A DNA stretch of 64,000 bases from Tepidiformaceae bacterium (GCA_965208185.1 OZ242321.1:192163-256162); one strand, 5' to 3'. Shown: positions 27,390 through 36,243, counted from the stretch's first letter. Notes: a model not told the origin generated them from the letters alone. Made by a program: numbers and translations.

Positions 27390-28562
27390 GTGCTCTTTCG
27401 CGACTCGCCCGAGCAGGCCGCTTTCCGTGCGGAGATCCGCGACTTCCTCGACGCGGAGCTGCCCGCGGAGATGTGGAACATGCGCAGCGATCGCGAGGAG
27501 ATGGACGAGGAAGAGGCGGCCTTCGCGAAGCAGTTCCGGGCGCAGCTCGCCGACCGCGGCTGGCTGACCCTGGGCTGGCCGAAGGAGCATGGCGGAGGCG
27601 GCGCGGACTTCGTCACGCAGACCGTCTACATGGAGGAGATGAGCTCGCGCGGCGCTCCCGGAGCCTACGACCAGGGCGTCTGGCTGGCCGGCCCGGCGCT
27701 CATGCACGAAGGCACAAAGGAGCAGCAGGATCGGTGGCTCCCCGGCCTGCGCGAGGGCACCTCCCGCTTCTGCCAGCTCTTTTCCGAGCCGGGCGCGGGT
27801 TCGGACCTCGCCTCGCTGCAGTCGAGCGCCATCCGCGACGGCGACGAGTACGTCCTGAACGGCCAGAAGATCTGGACGAGCTGGGCGACGGGCGCGAAGT
27901 GGGGCATCCTGCTGGCGCGCACGGACCCGGACGCGCCCAAGCACCGCGGCATCAGCTACTTCATCCTCGACATCGAGTCGCCGGGGGTGAGCGTTCGACC
28001 GCTGGTGAACATGATGGACGCGGCCCACTTCAACGAGGTCTTCTTCGACGACGTGCGCATCCCCATCGACAACCGCATCGGCGAGGAGAACCGGGGCTGG
28101 TACGTGGCGGCGGCGACGCTCGATCAGGAGCGCAGCTCGATCAACCGCATCGTCATGACGCGCTCGACGTTGGAGGCGCTCGTCGACTACGTGCGCGAGC
28201 GCGACGGCGGGTCGACGTCGCACCACATCCGGCACGAGCTGGCCTCGCGGGCTATCGACTTCGAGTTGGGGCGCTGGCTCTGCTACCGGGTCGCGCAGAT
28301 GCAGAGCGAAGGGGAGAACCCGAACTACGAGGCCTCGATCTCGAAGGTGTTCGGCACGGAGCTTCAGCGGCAGATGGGACAGACGGGGATGCGCGTGCTC
28401 GGCATGGAGGGACAACTCGAGCCGGGCAGCCCGTACGTCCCGCTGCAGGGGCGCGTCGAGCGCTGGGCGCTGGCGGGCCCGAGCTACACGGTGGCCGGCG
28501 GCACGAGCGAGGTGAACCGCAACATCATCGCGACGCGGGGCCTGGGACTGCCGCGCTCATAG
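27390..28562 (+). CDS. acyl-CoA dehydrogenase family protein
   Basis: 390 aa with ACAD N/M/C domain sequence (GWLTLGWPKEHGGGG ... FSEPGAGSDLASL ... GGTSEVNRNIIA). GTG start. Confidence 0.9.
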   Translation: MLFRDSPEQAAFRAEIRDFLDAELPAEMWNMRSDREEMDEEEAAFAKQFRAQLADRGWLTLGWPKEHGGGGADFVTQTVYMEEMSSRGAPGAYDQGVWLAGPALMHEGTKEQQDRWLPGLREGTSRFCQLFSEPGAGSDLASLQSSAIRDGDEYVLNGQKIWTSWATGAKWGILLARTDPDAPKHRGISYFILDIESPGVSVRPLVNMMDAAHFNEVFFDDVRIPIDNRIGEENRGWYVAAATLDQERSSINRIVMTRSTLEALVDYVRERDGGSTSHHIRHELASRAIDFELGRWLCYRVAQMQSEGENPNYEASISKVFGTELQRQMGQTGMRVLGMEGQLEPGSPYVPLQGRVERWALAGPSYTVAGGTSEVNRNIIATRGLGLPRS

Positions 28563-28568
28563 AGGCTT

Positions 28569-29264
28569 CTAGAGCCGCTTCGGATTGGTCCAGTGGGGCT
28601 CGTCGTGGATCGCGAGCAGCTGGTCCTCGGGGATGTGCGCGTAGGTGGGGATGGGCCAGGCGGGGTCGGGGCGCCATTCGCGCATGTCGTCGGTGAAGGG
28701 CCAGGCGCCGCGCTCGATGTCGGCGATGGCGGCTTCGCCTTCGGCGCGGGCGCGTTCGGCAACGGGTTTGGAGATGAGGCCCCGGTTCAGCACGCGCTCC
28801 AGGTGATCCTCGTCCTTCCAGCGCCACTGGCGCTCGGGGTCGGCCACGACATCGAGCCACAGGTCGCGCGCATCGAAGCCGAGGGGCGTGCGCCGAATAG
28901 GCTCTTGGAGGTTGACGTACCAGCCGAGGAACTCCCAGTCGGGTGTCCACCACACCCACGTCGCGCGCCACTGCCCCGGGACCATGAGGAAGAGCGCGTT
29001 CCAACGCTCCCAGACGCTGTCGACCAACTCCCACTCTCCTTCGAGCCAGGGGATGGGCTGGTCGCGGACGATGGGCAGCGAGAGCTTTGTCGGTGTACCC
29101 GACGGCAGCCAGAGCGAGACGAGGTCGGGGGTGTCTTCGACCACGACCATCGGCTTCACGTCGACGATGACGGGGCCGTACTCGCCATTCTCGGCAACCA
29201 GGGGGATGCGGTGGATGACCACGTCGCCCGACTGGAAGCGAGCCGGCTCCTCGGGGGTGGCCAT
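28569..29264 (-). CDS. DUF402-family protein (FomD-like nucleoside diphosphatase fold)
   Basis: 231 aa. Core WYVNLQEP...GFDARDLWLDVVADPERQWRWKDEDHLE resembles DUF402. Confidence 0.6.
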   Translation of the reverse strand: MATPEEPARFQSGDVVIHRIPLVAENGEYGPVIVDVKPMVVVEDTPDLVSLWLPSGTPTKLSLPIVRDQPIPWLEGEWELVDSVWERWNALFLMVPGQWRATWVWWTPDWEFLGWYVNLQEPIRRTPLGFDARDLWLDVVADPERQWRWKDEDHLERVLNRGLISKPVAERARAEGEAAIADIERGAWPFTDDMREWRPDPAWPIPTYAHIPEDQLLAIHDEPHWTNPKRL

Positions 29265-29274
29265 AGAGACAGGG

Positions 29275-29315
29275 TAGCAGGGGCGTGGAAAACGGCCTGC
29301 TAAAATCCGCGCCCC
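29275..29315 (+). promoter_or_regulatory. candidate preQ1-class-I-like riboswitch (H-type pseudoknot) in the yhhQ leader
   Basis: P1 is (ua)GCAGG 29275-29281 paired with CCUGC(ua) 29296-29302, enclosing a 14-nt loop. An A-rich tail (AAAAUC) follows. Loop GGCG 29282-29285 can pair with CGCC 29310-29313, immediately 5' of AUG 29316. No SD is visible. The downstream genes are preQ0/preQ1 genes. Confidence 0.4.
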
Positions 29316-30065
29316 ATGACCCAGACGATGATGACCGAGTCAGGCGAGCGCCACTTTCGCTACCTGATGCCCGTCGCCGTCATGTTCGCGGGGGCGTTGA
29401 TCGTCTCGAACATCATCGCCATCAAGATCGTCGATATCTCCGGACTGGTCGGGGGAGCGTTCGACTACTTCCAGCCCGCTGCGATCATCATCTTCCCGGT
29501 CTCCTACATCATCGGCGACATCCTCACGGAGGTGTACGGCTACTCCGTTGCGCGGCGCGTCATCTGGTCCGGGTTCTTCGCCAATGCACTGGTGGTTCTC
29601 GCCATCTTCGTCGCTCAGGAGATACCGTCGGCGCCGTTCTGGGCGGACCAGGAGGCCTACGAGACGATCCTGGGGCAGACGTGGAGGATTGTGGGCGGCA
29701 GCTTCCTCGCGTTCCTCGTGGGCGAATTCGCGAACTCGTACGTGCTGGCGCGCCTGAAGCGGGTGACGCAGGGGCGGTTCCTGTGGACGCGCACCATTGG
29801 CTCCACGATCGTGGGGCAGGGAATCGACTCGGCGGTGTTCCTCACGATTGCGTTCTTCGGGACCGCCACGATTCCGAACGGCGAAGCGCTCTGGGCGTTC
29901 GTCTGGCGGGCGTGGCTCATCAAGACCGTTTACGAAGTGATCGCGACGCCGCTCACCTACCTGGTCGTGAACACGATGAAGCGGCTGGAGGGCGTGGACG
30001 TGTACGACACGGACACGGACTTCAACCCCATCCCGATACTCTCCGCGCTTCGTCGGGGCCGGTAG
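29316..30065 (+). CDS. yhhQ: queuosine-precursor (preQ0/preQ1) transporter, YhhQ/DUF165 (VUT) family
   Basis: Multi-TM 249-aa protein with the family motif FPVSYIIGDILTEVYGY. Confidence 0.8.
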   Translation: MTQTMMTESGERHFRYLMPVAVMFAGALIVSNIIAIKIVDISGLVGGAFDYFQPAAIIIFPVSYIIGDILTEVYGYSVARRVIWSGFFANALVVLAIFVAQEIPSAPFWADQEAYETILGQTWRIVGGSFLAFLVGEFANSYVLARLKRVTQGRFLWTRTIGSTIVGQGIDSAVFLTIAFFGTATIPNGEALWAFVWRAWLIKTVYEVIATPLTYLVVNTMKRLEGVDVYDTDTDFNPIPILSALRRGR

Positions 30066-30109
30066 GCAAGCGCTTGCGCGCTCGCGCCGTGAGTCGCACG
30101 CTGACGCGG

Positions 30110-30475
30110 ATGGGCAGCAACGAATTTGCCACCGACGGCACCATCGACTCGTTCGAAAACCAACACCCCGGGCGCGACTACGAGATCCGTTTCGACGCGC
30201 CGGAGTTCACGAGCGTGTGTCCGATGACGGGCCAGCCGGACTTCGGGACAATCACGCTGATCTACGTGCCCGAGGCTCGCTGTATCGAGCTGCGCAGCTT
30301 CAAGTTCTACCTGCAGTCGTTCCGCGAGCGGGGCATCTTCTACGAGGACGTGGTGAACGTGATCCTCGACGACGTGGTGGCTGCGATCGCGCCGCGACGG
30401 GCAACCGTTATCGGTGACTTCCACGCACGCGGGGGGATCACCGCGCGGGTGACCGCCACGCACCTGCAGGCGTAG
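30110..30475 (+). CDS. queF: NADPH-dependent 7-cyano-7-deazaguanine (preQ0) reductase, unimodular type
   Basis: C-terminal 121 aa of ORF 29285..30475, starting at ATG 30110. Catalytic Cys context FTSVCPMTGQPDFG and QueF motif ELRSFKFYLQSF. Confidence 0.9.
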   Translation: MGSNEFATDGTIDSFENQHPGRDYEIRFDAPEFTSVCPMTGQPDFGTITLIYVPEARCIELRSFKFYLQSFRERGIFYEDVVNVILDDVVAAIAPRRATVIGDFHARGGITARVTATHLQA

Positions 30476-30488
30476 CATCGGTGCGCTC

Positions 30489-31265
30489 ATGGCGGTGAAA
30501 GGGAATCCCGGCGGCTTTCCCCAGCGAAAGTTGAAGGACACGCCGACCGTCACGCCCGGGCAGATGCGCGAGATCCAGCGCGCCGCCCAGGAAGTCTTTC
30601 ACTTCGACATCCTGCAGGCGGTCGAAAACGCGGGCCTGGCGACGGCACAGCTCGTGCTGGCGATGCTGGGCGGGAGCGCGAAGGGTCAGCGGGTGGTGGT
30701 GCTGGCAGGGGGTGGGCACGTGGGGGCGGCGGGACTGTCGGCGGTACGGCACCTCGACAACTGGGGAGTGCAGGCAGAGCCGCTGCTCGGTGAGGTCGAG
30801 AGTCAGATGAGCTTCGTGACGCGCCGGCACCTGCACATCCTGGCGGAGTCGGGCATCGCGGAGCCGCACGACAGCGATACGAGCGAGCACACCGCCGAGG
30901 ATCATCTGCAGCGCGCCGCTCTTGTCGTGGATGCGCTGGTGGGCTACGGCCTTGAGGGTGCGCCGACGGGGCTTGCCGCGGCCGTCACGCAGATCGCGGC
31001 AGCGGCGCGCCGGCCGATCCTGGCGCTGGACATCCCAACCGGCGTGAACGCGGAGACAGGTGCTGTGAGCAGTCCGGCGGTGACCGCGGCCACAACGCTC
31101 GTGTTCGACCTCCCGAAGACGGGGCAGGTGCTGCCCGTCTGCCAGAAGCACGTGGGCGAGCTGTACGCAGCGGACCTCGGCGTTCCGCGCGCCGCCTACG
31201 AGCGCCTCGGTATCAGCACGCGGGGGGTCTTCGCCGAGGGCCACATCGTGCGGCTGCGGCGGTAA
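30489..31265 (+). CDS. nnrE: NAD(P)H-hydrate epimerase (YjeF N-terminal domain protein)
   Basis: VVVLAGGGHVGAAGLSAVRHL, VDALVGYGL and LDIPTGVN motifs of the YjeF_N family. Confidence 0.8.
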   Translation: MAVKGNPGGFPQRKLKDTPTVTPGQMREIQRAAQEVFHFDILQAVENAGLATAQLVLAMLGGSAKGQRVVVLAGGGHVGAAGLSAVRHLDNWGVQAEPLLGEVESQMSFVTRRHLHILAESGIAEPHDSDTSEHTAEDHLQRAALVVDALVGYGLEGAPTGLAAAVTQIAAAARRPILALDIPTGVNAETGAVSSPAVTAATTLVFDLPKTGQVLPVCQKHVGELYAADLGVPRAAYERLGISTRGVFAEGHIVRLRR

Positions 31266-31268
31266 CGG

Positions 31269-31835
31269 CTAGAACCTGCGCGAGTCCCAGAGCACGTCGC
31301 CGTGGCCGCCGAGCTGGTTCTGGAGGCGGGAGGCGACGAAGAGCAGGTCGCTGAGGCGGTTCAGGTAGGAGGAGACGTACTCGCCCACCTGCTCCTCGCG
31401 GCTGAGGGCGAAGGTGAGGCGCTCGGCGCGGCGGCAGATAGTGCGCGCGAGGTGGAGGTGTGCGGCTGTGGGGTCGCCGCCGGGAAGGACGAAGCTCGTA
31501 AGGGGCTCCAGGTCGTCGTTCCAGTCATCGATCCAGGATTCGAGCTGGTCGACGTGACGGCTCTCGACGTGGGGGCCGGTAGGCTCCTCACCAGGTTCGC
31601 GGGGCGTGGCCAACTCGGCCCCGAGGTTGAAGAGCACCTGCTGGATGACGCCGAACGGCTCGGCGAGTGGAGCCTCCAGCCCGGCAGCGACGGCGATTCC
31701 GATGGCGCTGTTGAGCTCGTCTACGGTGCCGTAGGCCTCAATGCGGAGGCTCTCCTTGGGGACGCGCTGGCCTCCGGCAAGGGCGGTCGTGCCGTCGTCC
31801 CCGGCGCGGGTGTAGACGCGGTTGATGCGAACCAT
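31269..31835 (-). CDS. ATP:cob(I)alamin adenosyltransferase, PduO type
   Basis: N-terminus RVYTRAGDDGTTAL and EAYGTVDELNSAIG are PduO-family signatures. Confidence 0.9.
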   Translation of the reverse strand: MVRINRVYTRAGDDGTTALAGGQRVPKESLRIEAYGTVDELNSAIGIAVAAGLEAPLAEPFGVIQQVLFNLGAELATPREPGEEPTGPHVESRHVDQLESWIDDWNDDLEPLTSFVLPGGDPTAAHLHLARTICRRAERLTFALSREEQVGEYVSSYLNRLSDLLFVASRLQNQLGGHGDVLWDSRRF

Positions 31836-31907
31836 GAGTCAAGCATGCCGGAGGGCGTGGCCGCGGGCCAGCCGCCCCCCTCTCGCCGGCGCGCCCGGAC
31901 GCGGAGA

Positions 31908-32159
31908 ATGCGGGCGGAGGGTTTCGTGCCAGAGACGATCCGTTGCGGGCGTTGCCTCATCCCCATCGACGGTGAACCCCACATGATGTCGACGCGCCGC
32001 TACTGTTGCGCGAGTTGCTCCGTGGGCTCCGTGTGCGAGCACCAGGGAGTGCGCCGGGGCTCGGCCGTCCGCCGTTACGACGGCAACTTCGACCGGTTCC
32101 GCGAGGTCGCCCGACACTCGGGGCCGTATGAGCGGGAGCGCACCTCCCGCTCGGGTTGA
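31908..32159 (+). CDS. small Cys-rich protein (SmtA/TRASH-like zinc-ribbon pattern), hypothetical
   Basis: 83 aa from ATG 31908 inside ORF 31302..32159, with strong GC3 bias. The pattern CGRCLIPIDG-x10-YCCASCSVGSVC resembles the CxxC...YYCSxxC metal-binding fold. Start uncertain. Confidence 0.45.
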   Translation: MRAEGFVPETIRCGRCLIPIDGEPHMMSTRRYCCASCSVGSVCEHQGVRRGSAVRRYDGNFDRFREVARHSGPYERERTSRSG

Positions 32160-32190
32160 CCTAGCGGGCGACCCTCTCCACCATCGCGGC

Positions 32191-32496
32191 ATGGCTCTTT
32201 ACGAATACCAGTGTGCCGAGTGCGGCGAGCGCTTCGAAAAGCGCATGCCGATGGGCGACGCCCTGCAGCTCGCGCCGTGCCCGGCGTGCGGCGCGCAGGC
32301 AAGGAAGGTCATCGGGAACTTCGCGGTCGTGGGGCGAGCGGAGGCTGGGGTGGGCGACGGCCCGGCGCCCTGGGAGGACGGCGGTGACGGGGAAGGCGAG
32401 GGCGATGCCGAGGCCGCGGGCGCGGATGACCTCACACACCACGGCCACAGCCACGGCCCCGGTGGGCACTCGCACGGGCACCCCCATCCCCACTAG
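32191..32496 (+). CDS. FmdB-family zinc-ribbon protein with C-terminal His-rich tail
   Basis: MALYEYQCAECGERFE...CPACG from ATG 32191. The tail is HHGHSHGPGGHSHGHPHPH. Confidence 0.8.
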   Translation: MALYEYQCAECGERFEKRMPMGDALQLAPCPACGAQARKVIGNFAVVGRAEAGVGDGPAPWEDGGDGEGEGDAEAAGADDLTHHGHSHGPGGHSHGHPHPH

Positions 32497-32539
32497 GGCA
32501 GCCGGAAGACGGTGCTTGTAAGTCCTGGAACAATGATAT

Positions 32540-32932
32540 ATGGTTGTCCATATGAAGAAGACGACGATCAACATTGAGGATGCCATCATGGAACGGCTGA
32601 AGGAAGAAGCCGCTCGCCGCAAGACGACCATGACTGCGCTCATCGAGGCCGGGATCCGGCGAATACTCGCGGAAGGCGAGACGCCCGCGCCGGTAGGCGG
32701 CGAGCTACCGCCGCTGCCCATCTACGACATGGGCGAACCCCTTGTGGACGTGGCCGATCGTGACGCCCTCTATGAAGTGCTCGACCGGGAACGGGATGAG
32801 CGTCTCTATGGGGCTGGGCAGAACAGTGCCGGGAGCAGCGGTCTCCGCACCCTGAAAGCGAGGACCGCAGCCGAGGATTTGGCGCCCTACGATGCAGATG
32901 GAGAGGCGCGCGAGCGGACGGGCCACGACTAG
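32540..32932 (+). CDS. vapB: type II antitoxin, VapB-like (ribbon-helix-helix) with extended C-terminus
   Basis: MKKTTINIEDAIMERLKEEAARRKTTMTALIEAGIRRIL...VDVADRDALYEVLD. An alternative start lies at 32552. The stop abuts the vapC GTG. Confidence 0.75.
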   Translation: MVVHMKKTTINIEDAIMERLKEEAARRKTTMTALIEAGIRRILAEGETPAPVGGELPPLPIYDMGEPLVDVADRDALYEVLDRERDERLYGAGQNSAGSSGLRTLKARTAAEDLAPYDADGEARERTGHD

Positions 32933-33367
32933 GTGCTGGCGGTCGACACCAATGTGCTGCTGTATGCCGCGAACGCCCGCTCCGAACACCGGGACGCTTG
33001 CCGGGAGAAGCTCGAGGGGTGGCGTCGAGACGCCACCCCCACGTTCCTGACCTGGAGCGTGGTCTACGAGTTTCTACGGGCGAGTACTCATCCCGGTACG
33101 TTCCCCTCGCCGCTGCGAGCCGGCGAAGCCTGGGGCTTCATTCGTGGTCTTCTGGAGTCGCCCGGGTTCGAAGTATTGACTGCGACGAGGCGGCACCCCG
33201 CCGTACTCGCCCAGACACTCGCCGAAGTGCCTGATGTACAGGGAAACTTCGCCCACGATGTCCACATCGCGACGGTGCTCCGAGAACACGGCGTCAGCCA
33301 GATCTGCACGAACGACCGGGACTTCCACCGGTTCCCGTTCCTGACCGTTGTCGACCCGTTGGAGTGA
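32933..33367 (+). CDS. vapC: type II toxin, PIN-domain ribonuclease VapC
   Basis: PIN acidic residues in context: VDTNVLLYA (D5), VVYEFLR, DVHIATV and TNDRDF. Confidence 0.88.
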   Translation: MLAVDTNVLLYAANARSEHRDACREKLEGWRRDATPTFLTWSVVYEFLRASTHPGTFPSPLRAGEAWGFIRGLLESPGFEVLTATRRHPAVLAQTLAEVPDVQGNFAHDVHIATVLREHGVSQICTNDRDFHRFPFLTVVDPLE

Positions 33368-33373
33368 CGCGAA

Positions 33374-33399
33374 GAGGCCCCGCCAGATGGCGGGGCCTC
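33374..33399. terminator. perfect 11-bp GC-rich hairpin between convergent vapC and an acyl-CoA dehydrogenase gene
   Basis: gaggccccgcc-agat-ggcggggcctc, verified base by base. Confidence 0.6.
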
Positions 33400-33424
33400 G
33401 CGCCTGATTGCCGGTGCCGCCTGG

Positions 33425-34534
33425 CTAGATCTCCAGCATGGCCGCGACTTGCTCGCGGTGGAAGTCGGCGTCGCCCCAAAAGAGCTCGGCGCGCTTCTGG
33501 CGGCGGAAGTAGAGCTGGATGATGTAGTCCTTGGTGAACCCGATACCGCCGTGAATCTGCTGGCCGTGGGCGACTACGCGCCGGCTGGCCTCGCTGCACC
33601 ACGCCTTCGCCATGGAGGTGTCCATGTTTTGCGAAGGCTCGTTCTCGCTGGTGGCCCAGGCGGCCTTGTAGGTGATGAAGCGCATGCCGTCGACGTCGGT
33701 GACCATGTCGGCGGCCTTGTGCTGGATCGCCTGGAAGGAGCCGATGGGGCGCCCGAACTGGACGCGCTCCTTGGCGTAGTTGACCGCGATCTCGAAGTCC
33801 TTCTGGGCAAGGCCGACGAGGTAGGCGTTCTCAAGGTTCACGGCGATGTTGCGGCCGCGCATGCTCGTCTCGCTATCGACGGGCATGACGTCCTCAGCGC
33901 TCACGCTGACGTTGTTCAGGACGACCTCGGCCTGCTTGTCGCTGGCGATGGTCTTGAGGAGGTTGACCTCCACGCCGGTCTGGTCGCGGGCGATGATGAA
34001 GTTCGCGAGCCTGCCGTCGGGCGTGTTGGCGATGACGTGCAGGTAGTCAGCTACGTTCGCGTCGGGCACGAACAGCTTCGTGCCGTTGAGCACGTAGCCG
34101 TCGCCATCGGCGGCCGCGGTGAGGGCGTAGCCGCCGCGGTCCCAGCGGCCTGTCTCCTCGGTGACGGCGTAGGTGTGGATGGCGGTGCCGCTGGCGATGC
34201 CGGGAAGGTACTTGGCCTTCTGCGCGTCGCTTCCGGCGATGACGAGCCAGGCGGCGCAGGTGGCGTTGGGGATGAAGGGACCGGGGACGAGGGCGCGGCC
34301 GAACTCCTCAACGAGGACGCAGAGGTCCAGGTAGGAGAAGCCGGAGCCGCCGTGCTCCTCGGGGATCATGAGACCCTGCCAGCCGAGCTCGGCCATCTTC
34401 TTCCAGAGGTCGGGACTGTAGCCCGCCTCATCTTCTTCCATGGCCCGCACGTGCTCTTCGGGGCACTCGTTCTCGAGGAAGTCGCGCGCCGACTCGCGTA
34501 TCAGGGTCTGCTCTTCGCTGAGGCTCAGATCCAT
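33425..34534 (-). CDS. acyl-CoA dehydrogenase family protein
   Basis: 369 aa with ACAD domains (ELGWQGLMIPEEHGGSG ... QIHGGIGFTKDY). Confidence 0.9.
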   Translation of the reverse strand: MDLSLSEEQTLIRESARDFLENECPEEHVRAMEEDEAGYSPDLWKKMAELGWQGLMIPEEHGGSGFSYLDLCVLVEEFGRALVPGPFIPNATCAAWLVIAGSDAQKAKYLPGIASGTAIHTYAVTEETGRWDRGGYALTAAADGDGYVLNGTKLFVPDANVADYLHVIANTPDGRLANFIIARDQTGVEVNLLKTIASDKQAEVVLNNVSVSAEDVMPVDSETSMRGRNIAVNLENAYLVGLAQKDFEIAVNYAKERVQFGRPIGSFQAIQHKAADMVTDVDGMRFITYKAAWATSENEPSQNMDTSMAKAWCSEASRRVVAHGQQIHGGIGFTKDYIIQLYFRRQKRAELFWGDADFHREQVAAMLEI

Positions 34535-34634
34535 CGTTGTCCGTCCTTCACCAGGGTCGCGAAAACAGGCGCACGTAAAGGCGCCCCCTTCGCGGGGGTT
34601 AGCCGCGCGAGTCTAGCACGCGCCTTCGTGAGCG

Positions 34635-34991
34635 TCAGGCGAGCTCCACCCAGGAGTCGAAATAGCGCTCCTGGAAGTCGACGGCGGCGACTATTGCGGG
34701 GGCGTCCCAGGCGCCTGTGTCGTCGAGGACGGCCACGAGCTTGTCCTCAACGTCGTCGCGGCGCCGGACGATGGCGATGACGGTTGCCTCGCAGCGGTCG
34801 AGGCGCTCTTCGGCGTCGAGCACGTAGACGTCGATGGGGTAGCCGTCGGGGGCGAGTGTTCCCGGGACGAAGCCGTAGTTGATGGGGTAGACCATGTCAT
34901 CCTCCCTCGGGTGGATGCTGCCGAGGGGGCGGTCGATCTGGACGGTCACGCGCCGGCCTAGCCAGTCGGCGAGGTGAAGGTTGGGGTCCAT
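34635..34991 (-). CDS. small inorganic-pyrophosphatase-like protein
   Basis: 118 aa. YPINYGFVPGTLAPDGYPIDVYVL resembles the family I PPase core (YP.NYGFIP.T...DGDP.DVLVL). Confidence 0.6.
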   Translation of the reverse strand: MDPNLHLADWLGRRVTVQIDRPLGSIHPREDDMVYPINYGFVPGTLAPDGYPIDVYVLDAEERLDRCEATVIAIVRRRDDVEDKLVAVLDDTGAWDAPAIVAAVDFQERYFDSWVELA

Positions 34992-35000
34992 GGGGAACTG

Positions 35001-36182
35001 CTAGCGGTTGCGCTGGACGAAGCGGCCGATGCGCTCGAGGGCGCGCTCGATCTGCTCGTAGCCGCTGGCGTAGCAGGCGCGTACGAAGCCCTCGCCACAG
35101 GCGCCGAAGGCGGAGCCGGGGACGACGGCGACGCGCTCCTCGGCGAGGAGGCGCTCGCTGAAGGTGGTGCTGTCCAGGCCCGTGGGGCGGATGTCGGGGA
35201 AGGCGTAGAAGGCGCCGCGGGGGCGGAAGGCGGGGAGGCCGACGGCGTGGAGGCCATCGACCATGAGGCGGCGGCGGCGGTCGTACTCGGCCAGCATCTC
35301 CTGGACGAAGCTCTCGCCCTGCCGGAGGGCGGCAAGGGCCGCGTACTGGGCGGCGGTGGGGGCCGACATCATGACGTACTGGTGGACCTTCATGGCGGCT
35401 TCGGCGAGCGGTGCGGGTGCGGCCAGCCAGCCGATGCGCCAGCCGGTCATGGCGTAGGTCTTGCTGAAGCCGCCGATGAGGATCGTGCGGTCGCGCATGC
35501 CCTCGATGGAGGAGAAGCAGGTGTGCTCGCCCTCGTAGGTGAGGCGGGCGTAGAGCTCGTCGCTGATGACGGCGAGGTCGTTGGCGGCTGCCACTTCGGC
35601 AACGGCTTCGAGGCTGGCGCGGTCCATGGTCGCGCCCGTGGGATTGGCGGGGTAGCCGAAGAGGAGAGCCTTCGTCAGCTCGGTTACGCGCTCGGAGACA
35701 TCGCTGGCGAGGAGGCGGAACTCGTGCTCGGCGGTGGTGGGGACCGGCCGGAAGCGGCCCTTTGCCATGGTGACGGCGGGCTCGTAGGCGACGTAGCTGG
35801 GGTCGGGGCAGAGCACCTCATCGCCGTCGTCGAGGAGGGAGCGGAGGGCGATGTCGAAGGCCTCGCTGGAGCCGCTGGTGACGACGATCTCGGTGGCGGG
35901 GTCGTAGGAGACGCCGTAGAGGGTCTCGAGCTCCTCGCTGAGGGCCTCGCGCAGCTCGATCAGGCCGTAGTTCGAGGTGTAGTGGGTCTCGCCCTTCTCG
36001 ATGCTATCGAGGGCGGCGCGGCGGATGGGCTCCGGCGTTACATAATCTGGCTCGCCGACGCCGAGGGAAATGACGTCGTCGATCGTGCTGAGCAGGTCGA
36101 AGAACTTGCGGATGCCGCTGGCGGGCACGGAGGCGAGGCTCCGAGAGATGAAGCGTTCGGCTCCGGGGGAATCGTTCTCCAC
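35001..36182 (-). CDS. pyridoxal-phosphate-dependent aminotransferase, class I (aspartate/aromatic type)
   Basis: SGIRKFFD, GVGEPDY, and the PLP-Lys motif GFSKTYAMTGWRIGW. Start assigned to the GTG at 36182, with GGAAGGA upstream. Confidence 0.88.
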   Translation of the reverse strand: MENDSPGAERFISRSLASVPASGIRKFFDLLSTIDDVISLGVGEPDYVTPEPIRRAALDSIEKGETHYTSNYGLIELREALSEELETLYGVSYDPATEIVVTSGSSEAFDIALRSLLDDGDEVLCPDPSYVAYEPAVTMAKGRFRPVPTTAEHEFRLLASDVSERVTELTKALLFGYPANPTGATMDRASLEAVAEVAAANDLAVISDELYARLTYEGEHTCFSSIEGMRDRTILIGGFSKTYAMTGWRIGWLAAPAPLAEAAMKVHQYVMMSAPTAAQYAALAALRQGESFVQEMLAEYDRRRRLMVDGLHAVGLPAFRPRGAFYAFPDIRPTGLDSTTFSERLLAEERVAVVPGSAFGACGEGFVRACYASGYEQIERALERIGRFVQRNR

Positions 36183-36224
36183 GGCCCCGTTCCTTCCGCC
36201 CCCCGCCGGTGGCGGATACGAAAG

Positions 36225-36243
36225 AGCCGCCCCGCGGGCGGCT
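36225..36243 (-). terminator. 8-bp GC hairpin followed by CTTTCGT on the minus strand, downstream of gatA
   Basis: Minus strand reads AGCCGCCC-GCG-GGGCGGCT-CTTTCG. Pairs were checked. Confidence 0.4.

Noticed and set aside
30066-30077. 12-nt palindrome GCAAGCGCTTGC between yhhQ and queF, sharing the GCGCTTGC word with the 45280-45296 palindrome
   Set aside because: It is too short and GC-rich to distinguish from chance. It is probably just a weak intercistronic hairpin.
33160-33180. GGGTTCGAAG resembling a tRNA T-arm
   Set aside because: It lies inside the vapC coding frame, with no acceptor or anticodon arm structure around it.
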